DNA of 55,230 bases from a virus (lineage: Duplodnaviria; Caudoviricetes), in IMG/VR virus record IMGVR_UViG_3300042397_000935, positions 1 to 55,230 of that record; one strand, given 5' to 3'. Each line of letters starts with the position of its first letter. Position 1 is the first letter of the stretch. Below the pieces are notes generated by a model. The model did not search any database, was not told the DNA's origin, and was given only the letters and a program-made list of their open reading frames with translations. This document shows, in pieces, positions 38,900 to 46,892 of this stretch. A program made the translations under genes and the position numbers.

Positions 38900-40755
38900 C
38901 ACCTGTAACTATCGGCGAACAGAAATTCATCAAAGACTTTAATAAAGGTTGGATAGATTCTAAAACTAAACAACCTGCGGACAAAGGTCTTATTCGTCTG
39001 CTGGATAGTTTGGTTTTAGACGAACCTGTATTAAAGAAGCTGCGAACAAAGATTGATAGAACAGTAGAACCGGTTATGTTGAGCGGACAAAAGTTTGTAT
39101 TTGATGTCAACCAGGGATGGATTGATGAGAAGACAAAGGTTGCTGTCCCACCAAGCCTGCAAATTACATTAAACAATGCAGTTGGAAGACCGACCGTACC
39201 TAATGTTGGCGCGGCGATGGGTATGGCTGCTAATGCCGGGATGCAACAAACCAAAGCTAAAGCATCGCCAGCACAGACAACTGGCGGCGGTACAATACCA
39301 TTAAAAAATGTCAATATCAATAAGCCTATCGTAAAAATGATAGGTGCATTGGCGTCTATTGATGGATTCTTAAAGCAACGTCTAGACAATCAAAAGATGA
39401 TTGCTAAGAACAATCTGATGGCTGCTCGTGAGTCTCAAATTAAAAATATAGACCAACAACCGGATATGCAGGTTATTCAACCAGATGCTGAAAGAGTTGG
39501 CGGTTCGTCGGCTGGATTACTTGCACTTGGCGGTCTGGCGTTATTGACGTTGGATCCTGTACAAGAAGCAATAAAAAGTGTTATTGGTGGGGTCGTAGAG
39601 ACTGGTAAGTTTATCACAGGTGTTGTATCAACAATCAATGATGCGTTTAAGTTTCTTTTCAGCAGTACTGCCACGATTCCTGAAGCGCCTACACCGCAAG
39701 GACAAACTACACCTTCAACACAACCTTCAACTGAACCTACCACTACAAATGCACAGCCGGTTGTTCCAGAAGAAAAGTCGTCGTTCTTTACAAATGTTGC
39801 AGCCGGTGCTGCTACCGGTGCGGTTGCCGGAGCTATTGTTCCAAGAATAGGCGCAGTTGCCGGAGCTGTAGTCGGTGGCGGAATTGCTGCTGTTAGACAT
39901 GTTACTTCTGGTGGATCATCATTAGGCGGAAGTACACAATCACAACCTATGGCAACAGGAGGATCTACTACACCAGTTTCTCCGTCAACAACTCCAAATG
40001 CAACATCAGAAACAACAAACACTGGAAATGTTGTTCAGGTAAATCACCCAGAAACAGGCAGTGGTTGGGGTATTCCTGGAGCTAATGATGCTTACGGAAG
40101 ACCCATAGCATTTAGTAAAGAAGGTGCTGAAGGTTTTGCAAAAATGATGCAAGATTCCGGTGGAATAGTAAAGCCATCTGATGTTGCAAGTAGTAAGAGA
40201 TCCGTTGCTAAAAACAATCAAGTTGATGGTGCTACAAATTCTCCTCACCTACGTGGGGTTGCTATGGATATTCATGGAAGCAGCGAATCGTGGATTCGCC
40301 AAAACGGTTACAAATATGGTTGGAAACCACACGACTATGCCGGTACTCACGGTGGTCACTTTGTGTTTGGTGGTGCTGGAATGTCACCAGATGAAGGATC
40401 ATCAATCGGTCAAGTAATATCAGATACCGTTAACTTTGGCGCCGGGAAGATAGGTGAGTTATTTGGTATGCTAGGTTCGGCTATTATCAAGCCAGGTGTT
40501 CCTAGAGACAAAGAAGATTACTCTAAGGCTATTGCTGCTGCAGCTACACAAACAAATGCTGAATCTGCTGTGGCAAAAACACCTAAACCAGTTCCTACTC
40601 CACCTATACCACAACCACCTAATATCAACAGATCTGATTTTGGTGCAACACAAAATCCTGCAACCGCTGCAGACAAAAATAGCGTCTATTATTATCTTAG
40701 ACGCTTTGGTTTCCAGGAATTGAGTACGCCGGTTCCGGCATTAACAACATCATAA
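38896..40755 (+). CDS. Paralogous tail protein with M15-type zinc peptidase domain
   Basis: SPHLRGVAMDI (SxHxxGxAxD) and distal GGHF; hydrophobic segments. Confidence 0.72.
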   Translation: MTPVTIGEQKFIKDFNKGWIDSKTKQPADKGLIRLLDSLVLDEPVLKKLRTKIDRTVEPVMLSGQKFVFDVNQGWIDEKTKVAVPPSLQITLNNAVGRPTVPNVGAAMGMAANAGMQQTKAKASPAQTTGGGTIPLKNVNINKPIVKMIGALASIDGFLKQRLDNQKMIAKNNLMAARESQIKNIDQQPDMQVIQPDAERVGGSSAGLLALGGLALLTLDPVQEAIKSVIGGVVETGKFITGVVSTINDAFKFLFSSTATIPEAPTPQGQTTPSTQPSTEPTTTNAQPVVPEEKSSFFTNVAAGAATGAVAGAIVPRIGAVAGAVVGGGIAAVRHVTSGGSSLGGSTQSQPMATGGSTTPVSPSTTPNATSETTNTGNVVQVNHPETGSGWGIPGANDAYGRPIAFSKEGAEGFAKMMQDSGGIVKPSDVASSKRSVAKNNQVDGATNSPHLRGVAMDIHGSSESWIRQNGYKYGWKPHDYAGTHGGHFVFGGAGMSPDEGSSIGQVISDTVNFGAGKIGELFGMLGSAIIKPGVPRDKEDYSKAIAAAATQTNAESAVAKTPKPVPTPPIPQPPNINRSDFGATQNPATAADKNSVYYYLRRFGFQELSTPVPALTTS

Positions 40756-40790
40756 AAAGAAAGAGGGGAACCTTGCGATCCCCCTCTTTC
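40754..40790 (-). terminator. Intrinsic terminator between convergent genes
   Basis: Stem gaaagagggg/cccctctttc with a T-run on the minus strand. Confidence 0.8.
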
Positions 40791-40796
40791 CTCCAA

Positions 40797-41699
40797 TCAA
40801 TCTTCGGTAGCAAGCTTACTGAAGAACGCTAGATCATCGTCATCATCATCGACGGCTGCAGTCGCAGCAGGAGCAGGTGCCGAAGCAGCTGCCTGGAAGG
40901 TTGGGGCCGGAGCCTTGTACTCTTCCTCGTCAAGTTCAACACCACGGACCTTTGCCGGAGCATTAAGGACCAGAACATTATTCAGACGTGTCTTAAGTTC
41001 GTCATACGACTTAAAGTGCTTTGGATCCACGAGTTCCTTTAGGGAATGCTCTTGTTTCCAAACGGCTTCAAGCTTATCATCATCATCGAACAGTGGTGCG
41101 GGAGAGTCGAATTCTGATTTATCGTAGTTGGGGTAGCCCTCAACCTTACGAATCTTAAGCTTAAAGTTTGCACCCGACCAAAGATCGAAGGGATTCGTTG
41201 GCTGTTCGTCTGCGAATGATGGATTCATCAGATCGTTCAGCTTGTCAAAGATCTTCTTGCCATACTTGTACAGGAAGACTTTGCCTTCGTTCTCAGGATT
41301 TGCCGGATCTTTAACGACCAGGATGTTGCTGTAATAAGCAAGACGGCGCTTTTGTTTACGAGCTGTTTCCTTGTCGGCATCTAAACCGGAATTCCAGAGG
41401 GTGCTATTCATTTCACCTACAGGATCGTCCTTACCGAGAGTCGTCAATGACTTCTCGATGTACCATAGGCCAGTTGGTCCCTGGAAACCATGGTCCCAGA
41501 TCTTGACGAATGGAAGGTCTTCACCTTCAGGTGCGGGGAGAAAGCGAATAACTGCATAACCATTGCCTGCCTTATCGGTAGCGCATTTCCAGAGCTTGTC
41601 ATCTCCGGTACGGTCATAGGTGGTATTCTGCTTGGCTAGTTCCTTTGTGAGCTTGTCAAAAGACGAAGTCGAGGAACGCTTGAGGTCTGCGAATGACAT
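40797..41699 (-). CDS. gp32: Single-stranded DNA-binding protein gp32
   Basis: DKAGNGYAVIRFLPAP, YKYGKKIFDK, GANFKLKIRKVEGYPNYDKSEF, acidic tail. Confidence 0.96.
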   Translation of the reverse strand: MSFADLKRSSTSSFDKLTKELAKQNTTYDRTGDDKLWKCATDKAGNGYAVIRFLPAPEGEDLPFVKIWDHGFQGPTGLWYIEKSLTTLGKDDPVGEMNSTLWNSGLDADKETARKQKRRLAYYSNILVVKDPANPENEGKVFLYKYGKKIFDKLNDLMNPSFADEQPTNPFDLWSGANFKLKIRKVEGYPNYDKSEFDSPAPLFDDDDKLEAVWKQEHSLKELVDPKHFKSYDELKTRLNNVLVLNAPAKVRGVELDEEEYKAPAPTFQAAASAPAPAATAAVDDDDDDLAFFSKLATED

Positions 41700-41774
41700 A
41701 TATTTTCTCCTAGTATGTCGTTGTATTACGTTGTTTACGGTTTGTCGTTATATTACCGATTTTCATCGGCATGC

Positions 41775-41782
41775 TATTTATA
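41775..41782 (-). promoter_or_regulatory. Late promoter TATAAATA upstream of gp32
   Basis: Exact consensus in the gp59-gp32 intergenic region. Confidence 0.7.
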
Positions 41783-41806
41783 CGACGGATCATAGCATTT
41801 TAAACC

Positions 41807-42388
41807 TTATGTAAATTTATCTTTCAGGATCTTCCTGCACTTGAACATATCATAGTGGAAGAACGGCTTGTACTTCATGCACTTCTTATATATCGTAGGC
41901 CAAAGAACAGTATCATCAATCTTCTTGTTCCAATGATTAAAGAAACCGAGCAGATCATTGAGTATTATTATTGACTCGATACTTATCTCTCGTCTTAGAT
42001 ATTGTTTAAGAAGATAAGGATGTTGTCCATTATTTACTATAACATTATCATCGAATTTTGTACATAGTTTATTTAAGTCTTGCTCAAAAATATATGACAA
42101 GGATTGCTGGCGCTTTAACCAGTTACCGTAGACCTTTTCTGAGTCATCATTGAATAGATCACCGACCCACTTAAGATCACCGTCAACAAAGTTAGCCACC
42201 AGATACTGTAAAGGATCTTTATGTTTGGATAACTTATAGTACTGGTATTTGTCCTTGCGTGTCTCAAACGAATGTTGAGATGCGCTGACCTTGCCGTTGT
42301 ACTTGATATAATCGTATGATGTGGTAAAGTGACTCTTGACGGCAAGGAAAGTTTTATAGCTTTCAAAAGGCGTCATATTGGCAAACAT
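41807..42388 (-). CDS. gp59: Helicase loader gp59 (start may be 42376)
   Basis: FLAVKSHF...YDYIKYNGK, KYKPF; gp33-gp59-gp32 synteny. Confidence 0.9.
   Translation of the reverse strand: MFANMTPFESYKTFLAVKSHFTTSYDYIKYNGKVSASQHSFETRKDKYQYYKLSKHKDPLQYLVANFVDGDLKWVGDLFNDDSEKVYGNWLKRQQSLSYIFEQDLNKLCTKFDDNVIVNNGQHPYLLKQYLRREISIESIIILNDLLGFFNHWNKKIDDTVLWPTIYKKCMKYKPFFHYDMFKCRKILKDKFT
42036..42064 (-). promoter_or_regulatory. Early-type promoter inside gp59 pointing to gp32
   Basis: TGTACA-N17-TATAGT. Confidence 0.55.
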
Positions 42389-42618
42389 GCCCGCTTAGGA
42401 AGGAAGTTAAGTCCCTCACATTCAGATTGAAGCTTCGACTTGATCCGTATGTTATTACGTATAATCATAGCCGCTGCTTCAATCTCAACGTTGTTCGTCT
42501 CACAATAATGGACGACGGCATCTAAATAATCTATATTTCCTCTAGTAACAAGAGATTCAATGTCCTTAATAAACTTCTCAGTTGTCAAGGCTTTCTCAAA
42601 GATAACGTCGTCCACCAT
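42373..42618 (-). CDS. gp33: Late transcription coactivator gp33
   Basis: YLDAVVHYCETNNVEIE...KSKLQSE...LNFLPK...LPI. Confidence 0.88.
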   Translation of the reverse strand: MVDDVIFEKALTTEKFIKDIESLVTRGNIDYLDAVVHYCETNNVEIEAAAMIIRNNIRIKSKLQSECEGLNFLPKRACLPI

Positions 42619-42621
42619 AAT

Positions 42622-43200
42622 TCATCCTCTATAAAAAATATGTGCACCGATCTTGGTGGTGCGATCAAATACTCTACCCCATGAAGGGCTTACGTAATCT
42701 GCGTGGTAGAATTTTGCGCCCTTGGTAACATCGCCATAGTTACCCAGATATACGTGTTCAGCGATTTCTTTGGCTTTTCGATATGCGCCTGCATCAGCTA
42801 TTCGCTTTCCTCCCTCACACTTCCATGAAAATTGGCATACGCGCGCAGTTCTCTGATTGATAACTCCACATGGTGTGCTAGGGAATCTTTTATCTTTCGC
42901 ACGGTTCAATACTACATTGTTAACCGCAATCCTACCTTTGTAGGGTTCATGACCTGCTTCGAAATATGTATTCTCGGCCATGCATTGTATTTGTTTTTTG
43001 TCGTATTGGCTCAGGTAAACTGGCTTCTTAACAACTACTTCTTTTTCGATTACTTTAGTTACTGGGACCTTTACAATCTTGACTTCTGGTTCTTTCGTTG
43101 GCATTGCAACTGCTGCACCTGCAGCAAGCATTAATCCAAGACAGAATCCTTCAGCCCAGCGAAGGTACGGGAAATCTTTTCTGTTTTCGAAAAGTTTCAT
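42622..43200 (-). CDS. Cell wall hydrolase, SleB/Hydrolase_2 family, with N-terminal hydrophobic anchor
   Basis: CMAENTYFEAGHE, AVNNVVLNR, FPSTPCGV, QFSW, FYHADYVSPSW, IGAHIFY. Confidence 0.9.
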   Translation of the reverse strand: MKLFENRKDFPYLRWAEGFCLGLMLAAGAAVAMPTKEPEVKIVKVPVTKVIEKEVVVKKPVYLSQYDKKQIQCMAENTYFEAGHEPYKGRIAVNNVVLNRAKDKRFPSTPCGVINQRTARVCQFSWKCEGGKRIADAGAYRKAKEIAEHVYLGNYGDVTKGAKFYHADYVSPSWGRVFDRTTKIGAHIFYRG

Positions 43201-43440
43201 GTCTATCCTCTTAGTCTCAATGACTTTGGCAAACAGAGACTACTGTGCAGGCATCTCAGCCATATAGTTTTCTGTCGCTATAAGAAGATAACAAAGGTAT
43301 CTTCCATCCATTTCCCTCTTACTGGAAATGCAAAATCATTAGTGTTTTCGTCGGTGGCATCCGAACAATGCCGCTTTCTAGCCATCTAAGACTTGAAGTT
43401 TTTGTAAGAGTCAATGGAGGATTTCAACCTCCTTGGTAAC
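43201..43440 (-). ncRNA. Candidate structured 5' leader / ncRNA
   Basis: About 240 nt non-coding with at least seven short stem-loops between a late promoter and the hydrolase RBS. Confidence 0.5.
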
Positions 43441-43444
43441 CTAT

Positions 43445-43452
43445 TATTTATA
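43445..43452 (-). promoter_or_regulatory. Late promoter TATAAATA
   Basis: Exact consensus between the tmRNA and the structured leader. Confidence 0.72.
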
Positions 43453-43459
43453 ACACCTT

Positions 43460-43808
43460 GCCAATCAACCCGTAGCATCTATGGTGCAACTGGTAGCAAA
43501 GTGGCCCGTTCTGTTCCAAGGTGGAGCCATACCCGTGTAGATCATGCCGCTAGGCGGATATCTGCAAAGCTATCGTTATCGTTAGCATTTATGTTTAATG
43601 GCACTTTGCCAGGCAATCAGTCTCGAACCGCCCTATTACACGAAAATCGAATTCCAAGGTCACCCCCATCATCTACCAAGCAAACGCGCTCTTGCAACGT
43701 TCAGGGTAGAAGCCTAACCGCATCCCAATGAATGCTTGGTAGATGGTGGAGGTGCGGGGAGTCGAACCCCGGTCTTTCCGCCTTTATTGTTGATTGTCAA
43801 CAACTGAT
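43460..43808 (-). ncRNA. ssrA: Circularly permuted (two-piece) tmRNA gene; outer ends approximate
   Basis: Acceptor piece ~43808-43744 has T-arm CGGGG-TTCGACT-CCCCG and CACCTCC-A-CCA. Intervening segment 43743-43668. Coding piece starts GGGGGTG at 43667, pairing with CACCTCC including a G3:U70 pair. Tag frame 43586-43542 reads ANDNDSFADIRLAA*. Confidence 0.95.
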
Positions 43809-43814
43809 ATACTA

Positions 43815-43853
43815 TATATACAATGTTTTTCTTTAATTGTACACAACTATTTT
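43815..43853 (-). promoter_or_regulatory. Early-type promoter for the tmRNA
   Basis: AAAATAGTTG-TGTACA-N17-TATATA. Confidence 0.7.
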
Positions 43854-44164
43854 ACTTTAATTAGCCATTTAGCCCGGTCTACGATCCATTGATCGTGGGG
43901 AAGGTGCATACCTGTAGACCCATCCCATTCTGCAAAGACCTCGTCATAGAATCCTATGACCTTCTCTTGTTTCTGTAGCTCTACAAGCTCGTCAGCCCAC
44001 TGTTGCCATTTGCCATCACTCACAACACTCTCGTCCATACTATAGTAAAGATAAGAATGAACTAACATCTGATGCCGTCTCTGGCGGATCTTCTCTACCA
44101 AAGACGGCACATAGATGGTACTATCATCAAAGAAAGATTCTAGTGATGCAGACATTAGCACCAA
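43847..44164 (-). CDS. Stand-alone homolog of the NAD-dependent DNA ligase N-terminal (Ia) domain
   Basis: HSYLYY.MDESVVSD..WQQWADELVELQ resembles the LigA H...YY..D.P.ISD.EYD.L..EL motif. Confidence 0.6.
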   Translation of the reverse strand: MVLMSASLESFFDDSTIYVPSLVEKIRQRRHQMLVHSYLYYSMDESVVSDGKWQQWADELVELQKQEKVIGFYDEVFAEWDGSTGMHLPHDQWIVDRAKWLIKVK

Positions 44165-44589
44165 GACTGTTTAGCATCGCCGTAGTATGCACGAGCAAAG
44201 CCGTTCTTGATTAGCAGTTCACGAAGGCTCATGCCATCAAAAAGAATATCTCCAAGAACACGGCCACCAAACTTGTCCCAATCATACAGAACAACCTGAT
44301 GTTTCTTCGTACCAGCAATCAAATCTTTTACAAAGACAGAAGCTTGTTCGCCTCGAGCTTTTTCACTTGCGCACTTAGCACGGAAGCTCTTTTCAGGCGT
44401 ATCGACACCAAAGATTCTAACACCGAGTTCAGGCTTTAGAGGAGCTGGCAGATATGGAGCAGTGATTATGATTGTATCACCATCAACTGCACGTACAATG
44501 GTTGTATCATACGTAACACCTACAGGTGTCTTTTGTGCGATTGCAGGAGTGGATAGCGCCAAGAGCGCTAGAGCAATAAACTTCTTCAT
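44155..44589 (-). CDS. Thermonuclease (SNase family) with signal peptide
   Basis: MKKFIALALLALSTPAIA; VDGDTI, VRIFGVDTPE, DKFGGRVLG, LIKNGFARAY. Confidence 0.9.
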   Translation of the reverse strand: MKKFIALALLALSTPAIAQKTPVGVTYDTTIVRAVDGDTIIITAPYLPAPLKPELGVRIFGVDTPEKSFRAKCASEKARGEQASVFVKDLIAGTKKHQVVLYDWDKFGGRVLGDILFDGMSLRELLIKNGFARAYYGDAKQSWC

Positions 44590-44598
44590 GTATTTTCC

Positions 44599-44922
44599 TT
44601 AGTTACAACGGGTTTCCCAATAAACGTAGCGTTCGCCTCGACGCCATTCAGTAATCTGTTCGCGAACACAATAACGCTTATCATATCTATACTCGGGTGG
44701 ATAGTAGCGATTGTCATCCTCAGGTTCTTGTTCACGATTTTTTGAACTAAGAACCCCGACTACGACACCGCCGATGATAGCACCACAAAGCCATCCACAA
44801 CCACCTCTGTGTTCTTTGCGCTCTCGCCACTCTTTGCGTTCATGGCGATCACGGTCACGTGCAAGAGATGGTGTAGAGATTAACATACTACCAATAATTA
44901 AAGATGCAAGAAACTTCTTCAT
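44599..44922 (-). CDS. Exported protein with glycine-zipper-like helix
   Basis: Signal peptide (PSLA), R/D/E/H-rich linker, GAIIGGVVVGVL, C-terminal Cys pair. Confidence 0.7.
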   Translation of the reverse strand: MKKFLASLIIGSMLISTPSLARDRDRHERKEWRERKEHRGGCGWLCGAIIGGVVVGVLSSKNREQEPEDDNRYYPPEYRYDKRYCVREQITEWRRGERYVYWETRCN

Positions 44923-44923
44923 G

Positions 44924-45109
44924 TTAGAACCTTTCGTCTATATCCGCAAACATGACGCGTTTTCTTGGATCGCCTGAGGTGATACAACGAGTCAGTCTGA
45001 GAGCTTCATTATAATTCTTTGTATGGAATCTTAACGGGAAGATGATCTCTTCATCTTCCCCGGTTTCCAATGCCATTCCTACAAAGTAAGTACCGTTTTC
45101 TTCTACCAT
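44924..45109 (-). CDS. Hypothetical protein
   Basis: 61-aa ORF tightly packed in the operon. Confidence 0.6.
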   Translation of the reverse strand: MVEENGTYFVGMALETGEDEEIIFPLRFHTKNYNEALRLTRCITSGDPRKRVMFADIDERF

Positions 45110-45113
45110 TCAC

Positions 45114-45356
45114 TTATTTATTATCGGTAGATTCTTCCTTCTTTGCATTCCATTTAAAGTGATTCCGAGCATATACAATCGCAAGAGCGATACTCATCGG
45201 AATCAGGCCCCATGTTTGACTGGCAATAATCCATGTCACCCATAGGACCTGATTAGCAAGACCAACCGCCCACGCACGTGGATGATTGTTACCTGCCAGC
45301 AACGTCATCCAAATAGTAAGGCACGACATTAGCCATGGCAGGTAAGTTACAATCAT
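45114..45356 (-). CDS. Small three-helix membrane protein (PnuC-like half module)
   Basis: Three hydrophobic helices; AWAVGLANQVLW resembles the PnuC W..G..N pattern. Confidence 0.6.
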   Translation of the reverse strand: MIVTYLPWLMSCLTIWMTLLAGNNHPRAWAVGLANQVLWVTWIIASQTWGLIPMSIALAIVYARNHFKWNAKKEESTDNK

Positions 45357-46300
45357 GCTGCGTCTGCAAACTCGACTGCAGACTCAAGGGCACGAGTCTT
45401 GAGGCCCTTGTTATAACCGTACCAGGCAGACTGCAAGCGGTTGTCATTTGAACGACCGATAACATGGTCAGTCATGAAGGTCACGGCGTTGAACGCCTGC
45501 CACCATGTACCTTCGGCATACTCTGCACCAGGCTGTTGGTCGATGATGTTGAGAGCGATCTCAGCGTTCTTGCTGATTTCTTTCTTGGCACCGGTGACAG
45601 GGAAGACACGCTTAAAGTAGTCAACAACAGTCTCGTCGTTGTAACGCTTCGAACCGAGGTAAGCAGCCATTTCCTTGTAGGACTGAAGCTTTTCTTTGGC
45701 GATGCCAAGAGTTTCCTTGACAGCATCGCCGTTGAACTCGTTACGGTGTGAAACCTTGACAACCTGACTGGAGTTCTGCGAAAGCGACAGAGTCAGAGTG
45801 TTGTTGCAGACCACACGAATCGGTGTAAAGCGAACGTCGATTGACGAACCGTACTTGTGTGGGTTTGTGAAGAGCAGGTAAGAATCAACTTGGTCACCCT
45901 TGAACAACTCGAACGAGTCCTTGATCTTGGCCAATGCCCAGACAATCTGACCGTCACGGAGCGAACCAGCGGTATGCATCTCCATTTCACCGGCAGCAAC
46001 GAAGTCGTTAAAGAACTCGAAAGCATCTGAGTTCTGATTAGGAACCCAGTCGTTCGTGATCACGTCAAGGACGCGGTTGTCACGGTCACGGACCAGAGCC
46101 GAACGACCAATGTCAGTTTGCTTGCCACCAATATTGGCAAAAGCAGCAATCGGATTTACCTTCCAGTCAAGGTTTGCAGCCTTAAGCATCTGGTCAGGAG
46201 TCAGGTCATTCGAGACCTTCGTGCCAAGACCGTGCCAAGGAAGGTCGCCTGCCCAAGCCATCGAAGCTTGACCGTCAATCATTTCAATCATATGTGCCAT
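45353..46300 (-). CDS. DUF932 family phage/plasmid protein
   Basis: PWHGLG, TAGSLRDGQIVW, TPIRVVCNNTL, GTWWQAFNAVT. Confidence 0.85.
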   Translation of the reverse strand: MAHMIEMIDGQASMAWAGDLPWHGLGTKVSNDLTPDQMLKAANLDWKVNPIAAFANIGGKQTDIGRSALVRDRDNRVLDVITNDWVPNQNSDAFEFFNDFVAAGEMEMHTAGSLRDGQIVWALAKIKDSFELFKGDQVDSYLLFTNPHKYGSSIDVRFTPIRVVCNNTLTLSLSQNSSQVVKVSHRNEFNGDAVKETLGIAKEKLQSYKEMAAYLGSKRYNDETVVDYFKRVFPVTGAKKEISKNAEIALNIIDQQPGAEYAEGTWWQAFNAVTFMTDHVIGRSNDNRLQSAWYGYNKGLKTRALESAVEFADAA

Positions 46301-46327
46301 AATATATTTCCTTCAGTTCAAATTAGA

Positions 46328-46492
46328 TTAGATAGACAAAGCTGTACGTTGATACTTGATTTCACGCATAAACTGATTAGTAGTTGCTTCGCTAAAATCA
46401 AAACCGTTGCATTCCATTTCGTCTTGGATACGAAGTGCATCGTCAAGGCTGATTTCAAGAATCTTAGCAATCTCACGTGTGTAAATGTTCAT
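46328..46492 (-). CDS. Small early protein, 54 aa (not in ORF track)
   Basis: MNIYTREIAKILEISLDDALRIQDEME...; AAGGAG RBS and early promoter upstream. Confidence 0.75.
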   Translation of the reverse strand: MNIYTREIAKILEISLDDALRIQDEMECNGFDFSEATTNQFMREIKYQRTALSI

Positions 46493-46516
46493 AACAATCT
46501 CCTTAGCTTATTATTC

Positions 46517-46555
46517 ATACTACCAAAGTTTTGATAATTTGTACACAACTATTTT
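46517..46555 (-). promoter_or_regulatory. Early-type promoter
   Basis: AAAATAGTTG-TGTACA-N17-TAGTAT. Confidence 0.75.
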
Positions 46556-46560
46556 CGAAA

Positions 46561-46713
46561 TTATGCATTATTTTCAGCGGATATCAAATTAATTGAACCA
46601 GCAACAAACACAGCCAGGCCGAAAAGGCCTTGAAGTACAAACTGTAACCAGCCAGCAGACTCAGGAATAATAGCCACTGTAATCAGGCCAACAAACATCA
46701 TAACATAGTTCAT
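46561..46713 (-). CDS. Two-helix membrane microprotein, 50 aa
   Basis: MNYVMMFVGLITVAII...; GGAG RBS before ATG 46713. Confidence 0.65.
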   Translation of the reverse strand: MNYVMMFVGLITVAIIPESAGWLQFVLQGLFGLAVFVAGSINLISAENNA

Positions 46714-46714
46714 A

Positions 46715-46816
46715 TTATATCTCCAACATACGTTCATAAGCATTACGGGCGGCTTGCTCATCAAGCCATTCTTCATAACCTTCCCAAAAGGTCTCATCAA
46801 GTTCAAAAATTTCCAT
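46715..46816 (-). CDS. Acidic microprotein, 33 aa (not in ORF track)
   Basis: MEIFELDETFWEGYEEWLDEQAARNAYERMLEI*; GGAG RBS and promoter directly upstream. Confidence 0.7.
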   Translation of the reverse strand: MEIFELDETFWEGYEEWLDEQAARNAYERMLEI

Positions 46817-46840
46817 GACAATCTCCATTCGTTATTATTC

Positions 46841-46879
46841 ACAGTACGATGTTTTCGAAATAATGTACACAGTTATTTT
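46841..46879 (-). promoter_or_regulatory. Early-type promoter
   Basis: AAAATAACTG-TGTACA-N17-TACTGT. Confidence 0.68.
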
Positions 46880-46892
46880 CAAAATTATGCAA

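Noticed and set aside
43330-43375. Hammerhead-like words (GACGAAA, CTAATGA) in the structured leader
   Set aside because: Order and flanking helices do not assemble into a hammerhead core by eye
43414-43731. 105-aa plus-strand ORF
   Set aside because: Antisense to the tmRNA gene and not protein-like
43744-43780. tRNA gene or attachment-site fragment
   Set aside because: Only a T-arm and 3' acceptor strand; its partner strand and a tag frame lie downstream, as in permuted tmRNA. No integrase is in the window.
46714-46842. 93-aa ORF-track version of the membrane microprotein
   Set aside because: The upstream part is better explained by a separate 33-aa ORF with its own RBS in another frame
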